From positions 2,904,364 through 2,968,363 of the forward strand of contig CBDCWO010000006.1 in assembly GCA_965223405.1 (NCBI GenBank): a DNA stretch of 64,000 nt. Direction: 5' to 3'. Numbering within the stretch: position 1 is the first letter of the stretch; every line of letters starts with the position of its first letter. This document shows positions 20,252 through 30,535 of this stretch, piece after piece. The DNA is from Saprospiraceae bacterium. Its GTDB lineage: Bacteria > Bacteroidota > Bacteroidia > Chitinophagales > Saprospiraceae. Made by a program: the position numbers and the translations under genes. The notes under the pieces were generated by a model. That model did no database searches, had not been told where the DNA came from, and saw only the letters and a list, made by a program, of their open reading frames with translations.

Positions 20252-20746
20252 ATGAAACCACTTAGATCGATTGGTGTAATATCAATTATTCTATTCTTAG
20301 TCAATTGTACCGCCTACGACTCAGTCGACTTAATGGAACGCAACAAAAAACTTGTCATGAAAATGAATGCTGAAGTGTGGAACAAGGGAAATATTAAAGC
20401 GATTGAAGATTATTTTTCAGTGGACTTTGTACAGCATTTTATACCCGATAATTCTGAGCGTAAAGGCCTCGGTCCATTACGTCAGCATATTATAGATCAT
20501 AGGAAAGCTTTTCCCGATTGGAAAGAAGAAATAATCCATATAGTTGCAGAAAATAATCTTGTGGTTATTCATTTTAAATCGTCGGGAACCAATCTTGGAG
20601 ATTGGATGGGTAAACCCGCAACTGGTAATTACATCAACATTAATGAGTTTTCAATCTTGAGAATTAAAGATGGGAAGATCGTAGAACAATGGTTAATGCC
20701 GGACTTGTTTAATTTGATGGATCAACTTTACAACGAGAAAGAATAA
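20252..20746 (+). CDS. SnoaL-like ester cyclase / NTF2-fold lipoprotein
   Basis: 164 aa with a lipoprotein-type signal (LFLVNCTA) and a SnoaL-like polyketide cyclase pattern (NKKLVMKMNAEVWNKGN...DFVQH). Confidence 0.55.
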   Translation: MKPLRSIGVISIILFLVNCTAYDSVDLMERNKKLVMKMNAEVWNKGNIKAIEDYFSVDFVQHFIPDNSERKGLGPLRQHIIDHRKAFPDWKEEIIHIVAENNLVVIHFKSSGTNLGDWMGKPATGNYININEFSILRIKDGKIVEQWLMPDLFNLMDQLYNEKE

Positions 20747-20822
20747 AATTTCTACCATATGTCTAAATTTCTTCCCATAACGTCTTTTTTTTAAAATCAA
20801 AGGTTTAGTAAGTATAGTAATT

Positions 20823-21395
20823 ATGGTTTTGATACTCATCTTGAGTTGTCAATCAGATAATAGTCATCATCTTGAAGAACTACTAAAGGACTACATCCGG
20901 GCCAGCAACAATCATGATATTGAAGCCATGGAAAAAATGACCCATGATAGCATCATCTGGATACTGGGCGCTTATACTTTGAAAGGAAAAGAAGCAGCAC
21001 TGAGCCCTAATTGGTATGATAAAGGGGTTGGAACCTCATTAGAATACCACGTAACCCGTATACAGGAGGATACCATTGAATGTGAGTTTTTTGAGCGAAG
21101 TCCAATTATTTCATCGGTCGGCATGGAGTGTATCAAACAATTTCCCCGGTTTATTTTCCAAAATGGGAAACTAATTAAAAAAGAACCGTGGAAAATATCG
21201 TCCGATCTGGCCAAACTGAACCAACTTTCTGCACCAAAAAGAAAATGGATAAGAGAAAATTACCCGGATGTAATAAAGCAATTAATAGATGCTAATGGAA
21301 ATTTCATTTTTTCAGAGGAAAATGGAAAACTAATGGCGCAAATGTCCAAAGAATGGGAAAAAGCAATGCAATCCCCCAAAAGATCTAACAAATAA
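20823..21395 (+). CDS. NTF2-like (SnoaL_2-like) hypothetical protein
   Basis: 190 aa. A LKDYIRASNNHDIEAMEKMTHDSIIW-type NTF2-like N-terminus. Confidence 0.45.
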   Translation: MVLILILSCQSDNSHHLEELLKDYIRASNNHDIEAMEKMTHDSIIWILGAYTLKGKEAALSPNWYDKGVGTSLEYHVTRIQEDTIECEFFERSPIISSVGMECIKQFPRFIFQNGKLIKKEPWKISSDLAKLNQLSAPKRKWIRENYPDVIKQLIDANGNFIFSEENGKLMAQMSKEWEKAMQSPKRSNK

Positions 21396-21399
21396 ATAA

Positions 21400-21800
21400 A
21401 GCAGCTATAAGTATTACTACGTCTGCCTGCCGCTTTAGGTTGATTCTCGCGATGCCGAAAGGTTAAACATCTGCGATGTTCTTTCTTTGGGGGCCTGCTC
21501 GTGATTGTAGTCCAGGAGAGCCATAGACTTTGATCGGAAAGATTTGAAAACCCCGAATGCCGAAGTGCCGGCAAACACCATTATTATACACGGCGAGTAG
21601 GTTTTGGACATAGCAGTGGTTGATTCTTCCTTATTCGGAACACCGTCCCCTGGACCTGTGGGGGCCTACCAATTCTCCAATAAATCTGTGTTGGTACGCT
21701 TTTATTGCATGAATGCCAGAACCTAATGGAAAATGATCTTTGAAAAAATTGACTTGAGTGCGGGAGTAAATTCAAGTATTTTTCACTTTTGGGTAACGTT
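21400..21800 (+). pseudogene. decayed partial duplicate of the 24300-26030 locus (its upstream element plus an internal fragment of the Omp28-like gene) carrying a ~1.4-kb internal deletion and stop codons
   Basis: 21400-21560 aligns with 24300-24480 (core GCCTGCTCGTGAT..TAGTCCA). 21600-21790 aligns with 25860-26030 (VVD.S.FG..PGPVGAYQ.SNKSVLVRF...MIFEKIDLS), but with an in-frame stop. Confidence 0.5.
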
Positions 21801-21848
21801 TTTAGCGGTCTACTACACGTATTGATAATTCAACTATAGAAGTATTTA

Positions 21849-23546
21849 ATGACCCCTGCAGGTGTAATAGTGCGCTTTGCAAATAAACTAACTATCATGG
21901 CTAAGAAAAAAGAAAGCAAATCACAAAAAGCAGATCTCGAATGGTTTCGATCTTCGGATGACGTACACAAGACCACCATCAGAGGGCTGGTGGACGGCCC
22001 TAGTAAATATGCCTTTGGCGAGAAAGAAATTACCTATTCAATAGTAGATGGAATACCAATTTTTGAAGGAGATATAGCCATAGGACTAGGCAGTTCAGAA
22101 GTTCCTGGGGATGTTCCGGAAGGTGTAGAGTTCGCTGTGGCTATTACCGGACAACAATACCGATGGCCAAATGGGGTTGTCGCTTATACTATTCACTCAA
22201 ATCTTCCAAACAAGGCTAGGGTTACAAATGCAATTGCTGAAATTCAAGCAAATACAAGTATTCGATTTGTCAAAAGAACTTCTGCCAATGCAATGGACTT
22301 TCCCAATTATATAGAGTTTTTTGCCGGTTCGGGCTGCTGGTCGTATGTGGGTATGAGGAGAGGAAAGCAACAGATTTCTTTAGCAGCAGGATGTGGAAAT
22401 GGTTCTACAATCCACGAAATACTTCACGCACTTGGTATGTGGCATGAACAGAGCAGAGAGGATAGAGATAAATTCGTGACCATCAACTGGGATAATATTC
22501 AGGATGGCCGAGAGCACAACTTTAATCAACATATAGTGGATGGTACAGACATTGGCCTTTACGACTATGGATCAATTATGCATTATGGACGATTTGCTTT
22601 TAGTAAAAATGGACTTCCTACCATAGTGCCAAAGGGAGGAAATGCCATCGGACAGCGCAGTGGAATGAGTAATTTTGACATCGCAGGAATCGAAGAATTG
22701 TATCCAGGTACCTGGTTGCAGGGTGCATTTACAATTCAGCAGAAGTCCAATCATCGTTACCTCGATGCTTATGAATCGTCAAATCGGGATTTTGAGGTTG
22801 TTACTCGGAAATCTCAAAATAATAACACACAAAGGTGGGAGTTAACACCAGTTGGCAGGGTATATTCTATTCGACAGGCAAGCACTGGGAGATTTCTTGA
22901 TGCTTACGGGTCTGCATCAAAAGACTTTTCAGCTGTGACGCGAAATGCTCAGAATAATGATACACAGCTTTGGATCGTTACTCATCTCGATAATACACTT
23001 GGTCAATATACTATTCAGCAACTCAATAACGGTCGGTTTCTAGATGCTCATGTTTTTGCCGGAAAAGACTTTGATGTTGTTACCCGAGCTGCCCAATTTA
23101 ATGACACCCAAAATTGGTCACTTATACCCCTCGGTAACAATCGTTTTCACGTCAAACAAATGATCAACAATCAATTTCTTGATGCATGGGAGTCGGCACC
23201 TAAGGATTTCAGAGCCGTGACTAGAACAGCGCAAAACAATGAAAGCCAGGAGTGGATTTTTGTGCCAAAAGGGGCGGTTTACACTATCCAACAGAAGAGT
23301 GGGCTAAGATTTTTAGATGCTCATGAAATTGCTTCTCGAGATTGGAGAGCCGTCACAAGGGGGCCTCAAAACAATGCGACACAGAGATGGGTAATCATGC
23401 CTTACAATGGTACCTCTTTTACTATACAACAAGCGAGTAACGGTAGGTATCTGGACGCTCACGAACATTCCGGTCAGGATTTCAGAAGTGTTACCAGGCC
23501 TAGACAAAATAATAACACCCAGCGATGGATAATCAAGAAAGTATAA
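21849..23546 (+). CDS. astacin-family (M12A) zinc metalloprotease fused to two ricin-B (beta-trefoil, QxW) lectin domains. An alternative ATG start lies at 21897.
   Basis: It has the astacin signature HEILHALGMWHEQSREDRD (HExxHxxGxxHEQxRxDRD) and a Met-turn SIMHY. An aspartate-switch-like FEGD lies in the N-terminal prosegment. There are six ~45-aa QxW repeats (Q.RW/QLW...). No signal peptide is apparent. Confidence 0.8.
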   Translation: MTPAGVIVRFANKLTIMAKKKESKSQKADLEWFRSSDDVHKTTIRGLVDGPSKYAFGEKEITYSIVDGIPIFEGDIAIGLGSSEVPGDVPEGVEFAVAITGQQYRWPNGVVAYTIHSNLPNKARVTNAIAEIQANTSIRFVKRTSANAMDFPNYIEFFAGSGCWSYVGMRRGKQQISLAAGCGNGSTIHEILHALGMWHEQSREDRDKFVTINWDNIQDGREHNFNQHIVDGTDIGLYDYGSIMHYGRFAFSKNGLPTIVPKGGNAIGQRSGMSNFDIAGIEELYPGTWLQGAFTIQQKSNHRYLDAYESSNRDFEVVTRKSQNNNTQRWELTPVGRVYSIRQASTGRFLDAYGSASKDFSAVTRNAQNNDTQLWIVTHLDNTLGQYTIQQLNNGRFLDAHVFAGKDFDVVTRAAQFNDTQNWSLIPLGNNRFHVKQMINNQFLDAWESAPKDFRAVTRTAQNNESQEWIFVPKGAVYTIQQKSGLRFLDAHEIASRDWRAVTRGPQNNATQRWVIMPYNGTSFTIQQASNGRYLDAHEHSGQDFRSVTRPRQNNNTQRWIIKKV

Positions 23547-23615
23547 CTTGGTGTATACCGAAAATAATATCCTTTGTTAGTCGAAATGAGTTTATATTTT
23601 GCATAAATAGGATAG

Positions 23616-24038
23616 ATGTTGTTATATTCTACAATTATTTATAGCGTTACCTCTGATTTTGATTGGATGATGGAAACTAAAAGGGAACATAAACCTCCCC
23701 TTCTAATCGAGGGGGAACTGTTGATTGAGAAAAGCAGCGCGATTGGAAAATCTGAAGTAAAGATAAGAATCTTGGATATTACACATATTGACAAGAAATC
23801 GATTGTACTGGCTGAGTCAATGGAAGAGCTTATGATTGATAAGGAGCTGACGAAGATACCCTACAAGGTTTTTGGTCCTCCACCAGATCCTTCGTGTAAC
23901 TATATCGTAGTTGCAACTATTTCAGTTGAAACAGAAAAAGGAATTAAAAAGACCCTATACCGTACAACTCAATCAATTCCTGTATTCAGGGGAGGTGAAT
24001 CAAAAAACATTGAAATTCCACTTACGAAAATCGATTAA
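23616..24038 (+). CDS. hypothetical small protein downstream of the astacin gene (the start is possibly at MMETKR, ~23667)
   Basis: 140-aa ORF in the same orientation, 70 bp downstream. No signal peptide. Confidence 0.4.
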   Translation: MLLYSTIIYSVTSDFDWMMETKREHKPPLLIEGELLIEKSSAIGKSEVKIRILDITHIDKKSIVLAESMEELMIDKELTKIPYKVFGPPPDPSCNYIVVATISVETEKGIKKTLYRTTQSIPVFRGGESKNIEIPLTKID

Positions 24039-24565
24039 TAGCACATCTAAATTGAATTAAAATAGGTCCTTCATAGTTGTGGCGAGAGTCTCCTTAATTG
24101 CATCAGTATTTTTATTTGCCAGAATCGATATTGAAAATTTATTTATTTACCCAAACCTATTTCGTATTTCTACTTTGAACTAAGAAGATCCAATCGGTAT
24201 TTTCACTTCATTCCACCTAGGTGCTATGTCAAAGTTTGAATGACGAGTTGGATTAGAGTGAAGTTTAACTTGGGCTAGGTCCGCGACTCTTATGGAGGAG
24301 CTAACTGCCATTATGCCTGCGTTTTTCGCTCCGTAAAGTCTCCCAAGTCCACGAAAGTCGCAGACTCAAAAGAGTGCCTATTCGAGCCTGCTCGTGATGA
24401 TAGTCCACCAGAGTCACGGACCTTGATAATGGGAAAAATCTCCTTCGTTGGTTCTGTTATTTTGTTGTATCCATCGACCTGAGAAATCCAACTCAATGAG
24501 GTAAAAAACCGCGTGAAGTTTCGACAACTAATATATTATTATTACATTTAATAAGTTAATAGCTC

Positions 24566-26464
24566 ATGATCAGGTTTATATTCTGGATTATGGCATTATT
24601 ATTTTTCGTACTACCATTAAAAAAAGTTTTATGTAAAAAATATCTTTGCACGAAAAACTCTGAAAAACCAATGTTGAAAAAAATTATTTTTACAATAATA
24701 TGTCTTACCACTTTTGGAACCACTTTACTCACCGCTCAGGCTACCAGGAAAGTGATGGTGGAAGAATTTACCAATGCATCCTGTGCCCCATGTGCCGCCC
24801 AAAATCCGACTTTTGACGCATTAATGTTGGCCAATAAGAGTAAAGTTACTCTGTTGAAATATCAAGTTTGGTGGCCCGGATCTGACCCCATGTATGATCA
24901 AAACACGGCAGATGTAAGAGAAAGAACAACTACATATTATGGGGTAAACGCTGTGCCATATGGTATAGTTGATGGTATAAATACAGGTGTTGCTGGTAAT
25001 GTCGACCAAACCCTTATTGACAATGCAGCTGCCATTTCAACCCCTCTTGAAATCAAGTTGGATCATAATCTTACCGTTGCTTTGGATTCCATAAAAATCA
25101 GTTGCACCATCAAAAATGTTGATGTTTCGGCATTTAATCCGGGTAATACGGTTGTGCAAATAGCCATAGTGGAGACCATTAATTTCCCCAGTCCTCCCGG
25201 TACTAATACTGAACAGGACTTTATTCAGGTTATGCGTAAAATGCTACCCAATGCACTGGGTAGTTCCTTGCCGGCAATACCTGCTGGCGATTCAGTAACA
25301 TTCAGTTTTTGTGATTCTATCCCAGACTATATCTATGAATATGGAAAAATAGGCGTTGTTGCTTTTGTCCAGAACAATACGACCAAAGTAGTTTACCAAT
25401 CTGAGCTGAGTGAGCCTAAACTTTTACCATTTCCAAATGATGATGTAGCCGTAGTGAATAGTTCAATTGAGCCTCTGGGGTTTTGTGATTACAACTTCGA
25501 ACCGAGATTAACGATCACTAATGTGAGTGCGACCAACATTACACAGATTGATGCCAGTTACCGTGTTAATGGAGGAATACCGGTATCCATGTTATATACC
25601 AATACACTAACTCCTGCAAATTCTAATGAAATCATTTTTCCTCAGGTAAATCTACCTGGTGGAACTAACATAGTTACTTATGATGTATTAGTAAATGGTC
25701 ATCCCGATCTCAATCGACACAACAATGATCTTGGCCCGCATGAATATCATCTATTGCAAGTTACTCCGGTATTTTCCGGAACATTATCCGAGGGATTTGA
25801 AACAACACCAAATGCCGCAGTGCCTGCAAACACCATTATTTTACGCAATGAGGTTTTCGATATGAGTGTGGTTGATGCTTCGGTCTTTGGTTCAGCACCA
25901 GGTCCAGTGGGAGCCTACCAGTTATCCAACAAGTCTGTGTTGGTGCGCTTTTTTAACATGGCTGCCGGAACCACATCGGAAATGATTTTTGAAAAAATTG
26001 ACTTAAGTACAAGGGTGAATTCGAGAATTACCTTCGACCATGCCTATCGCTCCTATCAAGGAGAAAATGATCGCTTGCAAATTATGGTATCACCTGATTG
26101 TGGAGCCAGTTGGGACATCGTTTATGATGAACAAGGAAGTAGTTTGGCCACACTTCCACCTAGCACGGTCCAATTCATACCAAGCGCTCAGGACTGGACT
26201 TCAGACACCATTGATATTTCTCAATACGATAATGCACCTGAATTGACGATGCGTTTGGTGGCAACTTCTGCTTTTGGAAACAACCTCTTTTTTGACAACC
26301 TTCAGATTTCCAGCGATTCGCTTCCGGCTACGGGCTCAGCTATTCCTACCGTGAGTCAATGGGGGCTTATCCTATTAGTGCTTGGATTTCTAATTTTATC
26401 GGTGGTTGCGATTCATAATCAACAAAGAGCATTATCGCGAATCGAAGATCCGGTTAGACCTTAG
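24566..26464 (+). CDS. Omp28-related thioredoxin-fold outer-membrane/secreted protein with an IPTL-CTERM-like C-terminal sorting tail. The likely start is MLKKIIF at ~24671.
   Basis: It has a signal peptide. The EEFTNASCAPCAAQNP motif resembles the Omp28 family EEFTG.WC..CP. The C-terminus is IPTVSQWGLILLVLGFLILSVVAI + basic tail. Confidence 0.55.
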   Translation: MIRFIFWIMALLFFVLPLKKVLCKKYLCTKNSEKPMLKKIIFTIICLTTFGTTLLTAQATRKVMVEEFTNASCAPCAAQNPTFDALMLANKSKVTLLKYQVWWPGSDPMYDQNTADVRERTTTYYGVNAVPYGIVDGINTGVAGNVDQTLIDNAAAISTPLEIKLDHNLTVALDSIKISCTIKNVDVSAFNPGNTVVQIAIVETINFPSPPGTNTEQDFIQVMRKMLPNALGSSLPAIPAGDSVTFSFCDSIPDYIYEYGKIGVVAFVQNNTTKVVYQSELSEPKLLPFPNDDVAVVNSSIEPLGFCDYNFEPRLTITNVSATNITQIDASYRVNGGIPVSMLYTNTLTPANSNEIIFPQVNLPGGTNIVTYDVLVNGHPDLNRHNNDLGPHEYHLLQVTPVFSGTLSEGFETTPNAAVPANTIILRNEVFDMSVVDASVFGSAPGPVGAYQLSNKSVLVRFFNMAAGTTSEMIFEKIDLSTRVNSRITFDHAYRSYQGENDRLQIMVSPDCGASWDIVYDEQGSSLATLPPSTVQFIPSAQDWTSDTIDISQYDNAPELTMRLVATSAFGNNLFFDNLQISSDSLPATGSAIPTVSQWGLILLVLGFLILSVVAIHNQQRALSRIEDPVRP

Positions 26465-26758
26465 TCCAAGCCTGACTACTTGCAAGGAAAACGGATAACC
26501 ATATAATATGAGCAACACTTAATCGGTTCATATAAGGAAGGCCGCACGGTATTGTAGCTTTTCCGATACCTTGTATGTTGGCTTTTCTGACCGCATGGAC
26601 CATGTAAGTTGCGATTAGAATTATCGCTAATTGCAGCTGAATTCACTAATTGGAATCGGTTACAATTTACTATCTTTCGGTAAGGTCGCAGAATCTTATC
26701 TGATTTTCCATCGCGAACCATACATGAAAGGTAGGCACATTTTGAAAAACTATAAATC

Positions 26759-27745
26759 ATGATATCTAAGTCAAAGAACCAATTAATTTTCATCTTACTC
26801 ACCATGGGATTTTTTTTATTTCCCACCTTTGGAATTACCCAACAAAGTGCAGAGCTTTCAAAAGCAAAATCTTCAGAGTGGGGGCCAGATGATCAGAAGG
26901 GCGCAAAGAATCGAATCACTCCTGAAAAGGTAATTGAAGCAGCAAACCTGATTACTGAAGGAAAGATTTATGAACTTGGTCAAACTTATGAAGAGAGCAT
27001 GCCGACAGGAGGCAGAACTTATACCCTTCATCTGATTAGCCCCCCTCCCATTGATTCAACAAACCAAAACAGATTGGTTGGAAACCTTGATTTTCATGCT
27101 GGAGAATTGGGTCAAATAGGTACTCAATTTGATGCCTTAGGTCATGTTGGTTATAGAAAAGAAACGGAAGATTATTATTACAATGGTTTCACAGGAACTG
27201 AATTGTACTCATCCAAAGGATTAAGGAAATTAGGGGTGGAAAACGCCGGTCCTTTTTTTACAAGGGGTGTTTTAATAGATGTTGCCGGATTTAAAGAAGT
27301 TGAGAGGTTAGAAGCTGGATACGAGATCACTGTGAATGACTTAAAAGGGTCATTACAAAAACAGCAAATTGAGATCAAAGATGGAGACGTAGTTTTGATT
27401 CGTACCGGCCATAGCAAATTATGGAAAGTTGATAATGAGGCTTATTATAGTTGGGCTGGAGGAGAACCTGGAATCGGCACATTGGCTGGTCAATGGTTGG
27501 CTAACCAGAAAGTGGTAATAATAGGTGCTGATAATTTTGGGGTGGAAGTAGTGCCTTTTGCCAAAGCAGACACTAATTGGCCAGTACATTTAATGATGCT
27601 AAAAGAAAATGGAATATATTTATTGGAAAGTCTAAACCTGGAAGAATTATCTAGAGATGCGGTGTATGAATTTACATTTGTGTTTTCTCCACTTCCAATT
27701 AAAGGAGCGACCGGATCGCCGGGAAATCCGATTGCAATAAAGTGA
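26759..27745 (+). CDS. putative cyclase family protein (kynurenine formamidase-like fold), secreted
   Basis: 328 aa with a signal peptide. It has the conserved cyclase-family segments (HLISPPP..., DALGHVGY, VLIRTGH, GIGTLAGQWLANQKVVIIGADNFGVE). Confidence 0.65.
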   Translation: MISKSKNQLIFILLTMGFFLFPTFGITQQSAELSKAKSSEWGPDDQKGAKNRITPEKVIEAANLITEGKIYELGQTYEESMPTGGRTYTLHLISPPPIDSTNQNRLVGNLDFHAGELGQIGTQFDALGHVGYRKETEDYYYNGFTGTELYSSKGLRKLGVENAGPFFTRGVLIDVAGFKEVERLEAGYEITVNDLKGSLQKQQIEIKDGDVVLIRTGHSKLWKVDNEAYYSWAGGEPGIGTLAGQWLANQKVVIIGADNFGVEVVPFAKADTNWPVHLMMLKENGIYLLESLNLEELSRDAVYEFTFVFSPLPIKGATGSPGNPIAIK

Positions 27746-27837
27746 GCATTTAATATTTAACCATTATCTTTTAACAGACCCTTTATCCATAAAACCTATA
27801 AAATTGGATTGCTAATAAATAAGGAGAAGAATTCAAA

Positions 27838-28266
27838 TTGAAAAATAGTCGACCATATAAAATCCTATGGTGGTCAATGCCGATATTATTTCTACCAATC
27901 GCATTCGGAAGTGATAGCGCTTTCGATTTCCAATTTCATGAGACTTACTTTGTGGTGAGCTCAGTACATCTAGCCATAATATCCACACTATTTTTAGGAA
28001 TTTTAGGAGGAATTTATTGGTTTCTAAGGAAATATAACCTGAAAACCACCCTAAGTATTTTCCATGCAATAGGTACTTCATTCTCCTTAATTGGAATTGG
28101 TTTAATAGCCATCATACAAACTACCTATTGGACTAAAGATCTTGAGTTGTTTAGGTTACTAAATCTAATAGGGGCGATCGTAATCTTGATACTAATAATT
28201 GTACAAATTATATTCATGGCGAATGTAATTAATGGTTTAATTAAGGGAAAAGGGAAAGGCATCTGA
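27838..28266 (+). CDS. small polytopic membrane protein (hypothetical)
   Basis: 142 aa with 4 predicted TM helices. Confidence 0.4.
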   Translation: MKNSRPYKILWWSMPILFLPIAFGSDSAFDFQFHETYFVVSSVHLAIISTLFLGILGGIYWFLRKYNLKTTLSIFHAIGTSFSLIGIGLIAIIQTTYWTKDLELFRLLNLIGAIVILILIIVQIIFMANVINGLIKGKGKGI

Positions 28267-28359
28267 CGCACCGGCGGCCTTGAGGGCAGATGGGCTAGCG
28301 TCAGATCCACCATCTCAAATCCGTCCGTTGTATTAATTGCTGAATAATTAAAAAATTGA

Positions 28360-28788
28360 ATGATGATAAAACTAAACAATGAAATGATTAAAAAGGGATT
28401 TATCCTTTCAGGAATTATGAATATAGGTGGAGTATTAATTCTATCCCGGCTGTTTACGAATGATGTAATACCTGAGGCTGACCCAGTGGTTATGTCAAAT
28501 TTTGGATTACTAATGATTATTGTCTGGGGATTGGTTTTTCTTGCAACGTCCCAAAAATATGAACAATTGAAGTGGCTTGTCGGGGTATTTGTAATTGAGA
28601 AATTTATCTACGGATTGGTATGGGCCAATTGGATCTTAAATAATGACCTTGCTTCCGTCTACAACCAAGATACCATGGCTGGGATTTTCTATACAATCTA
28701 TGGAGTAAACGATTGGTTTTTCTTTTTGTTTTTCCTGATAGTCTTTATCAGACTAGTGAATCCGACCGAGAAGTATATTAGAAAATAG
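28360..28788 (+). CDS. small polytopic membrane protein (hypothetical)
   Basis: 142 aa with 4 predicted TM helices. Confidence 0.4.
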   Translation: MMIKLNNEMIKKGFILSGIMNIGGVLILSRLFTNDVIPEADPVVMSNFGLLMIIVWGLVFLATSQKYEQLKWLVGVFVIEKFIYGLVWANWILNNDLASVYNQDTMAGIFYTIYGVNDWFFFLFFLIVFIRLVNPTEKYIRK

Positions 28789-28985
28789 ATGATAAGTCAC
28801 CAGTGCCTCAGCGTGCTTTCATACGATGTCGACTTTGCTCAAAAAATCGGTTCACTTTGCGAATTGTAGATCTTTATCATAAAGCGTAATTGTAAATATA
28901 AATGAGCGAATTACTGGCCACCAGGAATCCAGTGAGTTTATTATTCAGAAGAAATGTAATATTTTCTATCTTCGCAACTCAATAA

Positions 28986-29941
28986 TTAATTAACCCAAGT
29001 TGCGAACTATAGATTGATAGACCTAAAAAAGGTGTAAGCTAACACAAAAAGGAATATTTTGATCAAAAAGCCTTGGGGCGTGACTGCATGGATTTTAGCA
29101 GGCATCATTTGAGCTATTTCACTAAAAGTGGTTTCAATACGTTTTCTTTTATTTTCTATTAAATAATCTGTATAGGGTTTATGTTGTCTTTTGAGGTTGG
29201 ATTTTCTTTGTACCAGTAAATGAATTTGGTCGCATTCCATCAACAAATCTTCGTACTGATAATCGTTGTAAATAGCATCTGCATACAAGGTGCTATCAAC
29301 AGGTAAATCCAAATTCATAGATTTAAAAGCGGTTATGTCGGAGAAAGAACCAGCCGCAATATAATAGTCCACTGGTATTCCATTTGCATCCACTACCAAT
29401 TGGACTTTAAAACCATAAAAATACTCCCTTTTAGAAACACATTTGCCACGATAAGCTTTGTTTTTCAATAACTTACAGTTTGGGATTCGAATGTTGTGAC
29501 ACACTTTAACCGGAAATGAATCAATGATGTATTCACTACTTATATTTAGATTTTTGATCCTTTGTCCAAGACCTCGAAATAGACTCCATAATAAAAATTC
29601 TAATCCATGAAGTCTTCTATTAAATCCGCTTTTATCAATAAATACAACTCCATGATGTGACCTCATATAACCTCTGGCTTTGACCATGTTGCATCCAAAA
29701 TATCTGGATGCTATAATTGCGGTTGTTAAAATTTCAGCATCAGTAGTTTTTCTTAATGATTCATCTTTTTTTCTTGAAATCTTGACAAAATCATCAATAA
29801 AGCAATAAATTGTAATTACATAATTTTCCATAATGGGTGTAGATTTTGGTGGGATGAGACCTCCTTAATTTACACCATTATGGATTCTTTAGCAATATGT
29901 ATTATCATTTATTTTAATACGTCGCAACTTGGGTTAATTAA
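28986..29941 (-). mobile_element. IS982-family insertion sequence, copy A (956 bp, ~20-bp terminal IRs TTAATTAACCCAAGTTGCGA)
   Basis: The left end is attaattaacccaagttgcga and the right end is tcgcaacttgggttaattaat. It is 100% identical over its whole length to copy B at 55712-56668. Confidence 0.85.
29007..29831 (-). CDS. IS982-family DDE transposase (copy A)
   Basis: 274 aa. The N-terminal ITIYCFIDDF motif and the size are typical of the IS982 family. It is identical to the ORF at 55733-56557. Confidence 0.85.
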   Translation of the reverse strand: MENYVITIYCFIDDFVKISRKKDESLRKTTDAEILTTAIIASRYFGCNMVKARGYMRSHHGVVFIDKSGFNRRLHGLEFLLWSLFRGLGQRIKNLNISSEYIIDSFPVKVCHNIRIPNCKLLKNKAYRGKCVSKREYFYGFKVQLVVDANGIPVDYYIAAGSFSDITAFKSMNLDLPVDSTLYADAIYNDYQYEDLLMECDQIHLLVQRKSNLKRQHKPYTDYLIENKRKRIETTFSEIAQMMPAKIHAVTPQGFLIKIFLFVLAYTFFRSINL

Positions 29942-30077
29942 TAATGTATTGCATTAACCGCAAATCGGCAAGATGAGTTATCTGGAAGCACATTTACAAT
30001 TTGATTTTATGACCAAGTTACTTTTTCAGGAAGCAGCAATAGATAAGGATTGATCTAATCTAAAAGAATATCATATT

Positions 30078-30112
30078 AAACAGCGTCCTGCAGAAGTGGG
30101 ACGCTTTTTTTT
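30078..30112 (+). terminator. rho-independent terminator-like hairpin right of IS copy A
   Basis: cagcgtcc-tgcagaagtg-ggacgctg stem followed by tttttttat. Confidence 0.4.
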
Positions 30113-30535
30113 ATGAAAATATTAAATAAAATATGCAGAAATAAAGTCAGATATAGGAATTGGAGGATTTTGCACAAATGGCAGTGGTACAACGAATTAC
30201 AAAATCCAGAGTATAACGTCTTATGGCGAATGGGAATTCCTATATCTAACCTTAGTCAAAAGCAATTGATTATCAGATATTTAGGTTGGAATAGATTTGG
30301 AAATGTAAATACAATTTATATACCTTTGCGAATCGAAATTAAATAGAAATGATAGGACTAAAATTTATTGGGAATAAGAACTGTGTAAGCCATGATCTAC
30401 ACCAGGATAATTATTTAGACGTATTATGCAAAGAGGCAAGAATGATGTAATCTCATCGATTATATAAGATACATTAAGGCATCTCTTTGCATCAAGGAGG
30501 TGCTTTTTTTATTTCTGCATTTCCCCATTTCAAAT

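Noticed and set aside
26476-26826. 116-aa minus-strand ORF overlapping the start of the cyclase gene
   Set aside because: It is Cys- and Arg-rich with odd composition. It overlaps a confidently coding plus-strand gene and its upstream region, so it is likely a shadow ORF.
30113-30346. 77-aa ORF right of IS copy A
   Set aside because: It is lysine- and arginine-rich with a poor codon pattern. It lies in AT-rich intergenic DNA next to a terminator-like hairpin. No support as a gene.
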